In this document: in pieces, positions 58,392 to 64,000 of the stretch
Layout of the letters: the number at the start of each line of letters is the position of its first letter
Numbering within the stretch: position 1 is the first letter of the stretch
Assembly (NCBI RefSeq): GCF_009914755.1
Contig: NC_060933.1
DNA length: 64,000 nt
Source: the human T2T-CHM13v2.0 reference genome, Homo sapiens
Strand: one strand, 5' to 3'
Translations under genes and position numbers: made by a program
Notes under the pieces: model-generated
What the model saw: only the letters and a program-made list of their open reading frames with translations
Told to the model about the DNA's origin: nothing
The model's database searches: none

Positions 58392-61300
58392 AGATGAAAT
58401 GATGACTTGAGATGAAATGATGAGATGAAATGACGAAATGATGAGATGAGATGATGAGATGAAATTTTGAGATGAAATGGTGAGTAGAAATGATGAGATG
58501 AAATGATGAGATGAAATGACAAAATTGAAAAGAAATTGAAAGGAGAGGAGATGAGATAAAATGAGATGAAATGAGATGATGGATGAAATGAGATGAAACG
58601 AGATGAAATGAAATAATGAAATGATATGAAATAATGAAATTGTAATGAGATGATATGAGATGAAATAATGAGATAAAATGATGAGATGAGATGAACGATG
58701 AGATGAAATGATGAAATGAAATGAGATGAAAAATGATGAGATGAAAAATGAGATGAAATGAAATAATGAAATGAGATGAAATGAAATGAAATAATGAAAG
58801 GAAATTATGAAATGTAATGATGAAATTGAAATGAGATGAGTTGAAATGATGAGATGTAATGGTGAAATGAAATGATGAAATGAGATGAGATGAAATGAGA
58901 TGAAATAATGAGATGAAATGAGATAATGAGATGAGATGAAATCATGAGATGAAATGATGAAATGAAATGAAATGATGGATGAAATTATGAGATGAAAGAT
59001 GAAATGTAATGAGATGAAATGAAATGACATAATGAAATGAAATAATGAAATGAGATGAAATAAAATAATGAAATGATGAAATAATGAAATGAAAATGAAA
59101 TGGAAATGATGAGATGAGAAGAAATGATGAGATGAAATGATGAAATGATGAGATGAGATAAAATGAGATGAAATGATGAGATGAGATGAAATATGATGAG
59201 ATGAAATGACATAATGAATGAAATGATGAAATGGAATAATGAAATGGAAATGATGAGCTGAGATGCAATGAGTTGAAATGAGATGAAATGATGAAATGAT
59301 GAGATGAAATGATGAGATGAGATGTGATGAAATGATGACATGAAATGATGACATAAAATGAGATGAAATGAGATGTAATGATGGAATGGGATGAGATGAA
59401 ATGAGATGAAATGATAGATGAGATAAAATGATGATATGAAATGATGAGATGAATGATGAGATGAGATGAATGATGAAATGAAATGATGAGATGAGATGAT
59501 GAAATGAAATGGTGAGATGAAATGATGAGATGAAATGAAATAGTGAAATGAAATTGAAATAAAATCGAAATGAGATGAGATGAAATGATGAGATGATGAA
59601 ATAAAATGATGAAATGATGAGATGTGATGAGATGAAATGATGACATGAAATGAGATGAGATGACATGAAATAATGAAATGAAATTGAAATGAGATAAGAT
59701 ACGAGATGAGATGAAATGATGAGATGAAATGATGAAATGATGAGATAAGATGAAAAGGGTTGAGATGATGAGATGAAATGAGATGAAAAGATGAAATGAT
59801 GAGATGAAATGAAATGATGAGATGAAATGAGGTGAAATGAAATTAGATGAAATGTAATGAGATGAAATGAAATGACATAATGAAATGAAATAATGAAATG
59901 AGATGAAATAAAATAATGAAATGATGAAATAATGAAATGAAAATGAAATGGAAATGATGAGATGAGAAGAAATGATGAGATGAAATGATGAAATGATGAG
60001 ATGAGATAAAATGAGATGAAATGATGAGATGAGATGAAATATGATGAGATGAAATGACATAATGAATGAAATGATGAAATGGAATAATGAAATGGAAATG
60101 ATGAGCTGAGATGCAATGAGTTGAAATGAGATGAAATGATGAAATGATGAGATGAGATGTGATGAAATGATGACATGAAATGATGACATAAAATGAGATG
60201 AAATGAGATGTAATGATGGAATGGGATGAAATGAGATGAAATGATAGATGAGATAAAATGATATGAAATGATGAGATGAATGATGAGATGATGAGATGAA
60301 TGATGAAATGAAATGATGAGATGAGATGATGAAATGAAATGGTGAGATGAAATGATGAGATGAAATGAAATAGTGAAATGAAATTGAAATAAAATCGAAA
60401 TGAGATGAGATGAAATGATGAGATGATGAAATAAAATGATGAAATGATGAGATGTGATGAGATGAAATGATGACATGAAATGATCAGATGAGATGAGATG
60501 AGATGACATGAAATAATGAAATGAAATTGAAATGAGATAAGATACGAGATGAGATGAAATGATGAGATGAAATGATGAAATGATGAGATAAGATGAAAAG
60601 GGTTGAGATGATGAGATGAAATGAGATGAAAAGATGAAATGATGAGATGAAATGAAATGATGAGATGAAATGAGGTGAAATGAAATTAGATGAAATGTAA
60701 TGAGATGAAATGAAATGACATAATAAAATGAAATAATGAAATGAGATGAAATAAAATAATGAAATGATGAAATAATGAAATGAAAATGAAATGGAAATGA
60801 TGAGATGAGAAGAAATGATGAGATGAAATGATGAAATGATGAGATGAGATAAAATGAGATGAAATGATGAGATGAGATGAAATATGATGAGATGAAATGA
60901 CATAATGAATGAAATGATGAAATGGAATAATGAAATGGAAATGATGAGCTGAGATGCAATGAGTTGAAATGAGATGAAATGATGAAATGATGAGATGAAA
61001 TGATGAGATGAGATGTGATGAAATGATGACATGAAATGATGACATAAAATGAGATGAAATGAGATGTAATGATGGAATGGGATGAGATGAAATGAGATGA
61101 AATGATAGATGAGATAAAATGATGATATGAAATGATGAGATGAATGATGAGATGATGAGATGAATGATGAAATGAAATGATGAGATGAGATGATGAAATG
61201 AAATGGTGAGATGAAATGATGAGATGAAATGAAATAGTGAAATGAAATTGAAATAAAATCGAAATGAGATGAGATGAAATGATGAGATGATGAAATAAAA

Positions 61301-64000
61301 TGATGAAATGATGAGATGTGATGAGATGAAATGATGACATGAAATGATGAGATGAGATGAGATGACATGAAATAATGAAATGAAATTGAAATGAGATAAG
61401 ATACGAGATGAGATGAAATGATGAGATGAAATGATGAAATGATGAGATAAGATGAAAAGGGTTGAGATGATGAGATGAAATGAGATGAAAAGATGAAATG
61501 ATGAGATGAAATGAAATGATGAGATGAAATGAGGTGAAATGAAATTAGATGAAATGTAATGAGATGAAATGAAATGACATAATGAAATGAAATAATGAAA
61601 TGAGATGAAATAAAATAATGAAATGATGAAATAATGAAATGAAAATGAAATGGAAATGATGAGATGAGAAGAAATGATGAGATGAAATGATGAAATGATG
61701 AGATGAGATAAAATGAGATGAAATGATGAGATGAGATGAAATATGAGATGAAATGACATAATGAATGAAATGATGAAATGGAATAATGAAATGGAAATGA
61801 GCTGAGATGCAATGAGTTGAAATGAGATGAAATGATGAAATGATGAGATGAAATGATGAGATGTGATGAAATGATGACATGAAATGATGACATAAAATGA
61901 GATGAAATGAGATGTAATGATGGAATGGGATGAGATGAAATGAGATGAAATGATAGATGAGATAAAATGATGATATGAAATGAGATGAATGATGAGATGA
62001 TGAGATGAATGATGAAATGAAATGATGAGATGAGATGATGAAATGAAATGGTGAGATGAAATGATGAGATGAAATGAAATAGTGAAATGAAATTGAAATA
62101 AAATCGAAATGAGATGAGATGAAATGATGAGATGATGAAATAAAATGATGAAATGATGAGATGTGATGAGATGAAATGATGACATGAAATGATGAGATGA
62201 GATGAGATGACATGAAATAATGAAATTGAAATGAGATAAGATACGAGATGAGATGAAATGATGAGATGAAATGATGAAATGATGAGATAAGATGAAAAGG
62301 GTTGAGATGATGAGATGAAATGAGATGAAAAGATGAAATGATGAGATGAAATGAAATGATGAGATGAAATGAGGTGAAATGAAATTAGATGAAATGTAAT
62401 GAGATGAAATGAAATGACATAATGAAATGAAATAATGAAATGAGATGAAATAAAATAATGAAATGATGAAATAATGAAATGAAAATGAAATGGAAATGAT
62501 GAGATGAGAAGAAATGATGAGATGAAATGATGAAATGATGAGATGAGATAAAATGAGATGAAATGATGAGATGAGATGAAATATGATGAGATGAAATGAC
62601 ATAATGAATGAAATGATGAAATGGAATAATGAAATGGAAATGATGAGCTGAGATGCAATGAGTTGAAATGAGATGAAATGATGAAATGATGAGATGAGAT
62701 GTGATGAAATGATGACATGAAATGATGACATAAAATGAGATGAAATGAGATGTAATGATGGAATGGGATGAGATGAGATGAAATGATAGATGAGATAAAA
62801 TGATGATATGAAATGATGAGATGAATGATGAGATGATGAGATGAATGATGAAATGAAATGATGAGATGAGATGATGAAATGAAACGGTGAGATGAAATGA
62901 GATGAAATGAAATAGTGAAATGAAATTGAAATAAAATCGAAATGAGATGAGATGAAATGATGAGATGATGAAATAAAATGATGAAATGATGAGATGTGAT
63001 GAGATGAAATGATGACATGAAATGATGAGATGAGATGAGATGAGATGACATGAAATAATGAAATGAAATTGAAATGAGATAAGATACGAGATGAGATGAA
63101 ATGATGAGATGAAATGATGAAATGATGAGATAAGATGAAAAGGGTTGAGATGATGAGATGAAATGAGATGAAAAGATGAAATGATGAGATGAAATGAAAT
63201 GATGAGATGAAATGAGGTGAAATGAAATTAGATGAAATGTAATGAGATGAAATGAAATGACATAATAAAATGAAATAATGAAATGAGATGAAATAAAATA
63301 ATGAAATGATGAAATAATGAAATGAAAATGAAATGGAAATGATGAGATGAGAAGAAATGATGAGATGAAATGATGAAATGATGAGATGAGATAAAATGAG
63401 ATGAAATGATGAGATGAGATGAAATATGAGATGAAATGACATAATGAATGAAATGATGAAATGGAATAATGAAATGGAAATGATGAGCTGAGATGCAATG
63501 AGTTGAAATGAGATGAAATGATGAAATGATGAGATGAAATGATGAGATGAGATGTGATGAAATGATGACATGAAATGATGACATAAAATGAGATGAAATG
63601 AGATGTAATGATGGAATGGGATGAGATGAAATGAGATGAAATGATAGATGAGATAAAATGATGATATGAAATGATGAGATGAATGATGAGATGAGGAGAT
63701 GAATGATGAAATGAAATGATGAGATGAGATGATGAAATGAAATGGTGAGATGAAATGATGAGATGAAATGAAATAGTGAAATGAAATTGAAATAAAATCG
63801 AAATGAGATGAGATGAAATGATGAGATGATGAAATAAAATGATGAAATGATGAGATGTGATGAGATGAAATGATGACATGAAATGATGAGATGAGATGAG
63901 ATGACATGAAATAATGAAATTGAAATGAGATAAGATACGAGATGAGATGAAATGATGAGATGAAATGATGAAATGATGAGATAAGATGAAAAGGGTTGAG
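58392..64000 (+). repeat. GAAAT/GAGAT/GAT simple-sequence satellite with ~845-bp higher-order repeat; continues beyond the window
   Basis: Landmark gatacgagat at 59698, 60541, 61400, 62240, 63083 and 63934 (spacings 843, 859, 840, 843, 851). Confidence 0.93.

Noticed and set aside
58386-63907. Very long His/Ser/Ile/Phe ORFs (up to 1131 aa) on the minus strand
   Set aside because: The strand is made of ATTTC/ATCTC/ATC words with almost no G, so stop codons rarely form; all frames are open. This is a composition artefact

Overview
Primate (almost certainly human) pericentromeric segmental-duplication mosaic with no intact protein-coding gene. From left to right: (1) an unprocessed MTHFD1L duplicon with one 153-nt exon at 1350-1502 (+) and repeat-rich intron, ending in a truncated MER21-like LTR at ~14.06 kb; (2) a 5'-truncated young L1 (L1PA2-like) whose 740-codon ORF2 remnant is open but catalytically dead; (3) an AT-rich block of unknown origin; (4) two 48-bp CER satellite units fused to a 5.7-kb alpha-satellite island (~33 monomers) that grades from box-less monomers to an A/B dimeric pattern with four intact CENP-B box cores; (5) an unprocessed BMS1 pseudogene on the minus strand, with eight 3'-half exons, all GT-AG sites kept, two frameshifts and a stop; (6) an interstitial TAR1/TERRA-promoter-like CpG island with a CCG-rich VNTR and a strong minus-strand splice donor facing the BMS1 exons; (7) REP522-like GC-rich DNA split by an old L1; (8) ~5.9 kb of CAGGG (switch-like) repeat with a local strand inversion; (9) a C-poor GAAAT/GAGAT/GAT satellite running to the window end with an ~845-bp higher-order period. 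The MTHFD1L plus BMS1 pseudogene combination suggests chromosome 9 pericentromeric DNA (inference). The most interesting candidates are a TAR1-driven chimeric BMS1-exon lncRNA, the higher-order repeat in the simple-sequence satellite, and the layered alphoid island. Repeat family and exon-number assignments come from memory of consensus sequences and need RepeatMasker/BLAT confirmation.
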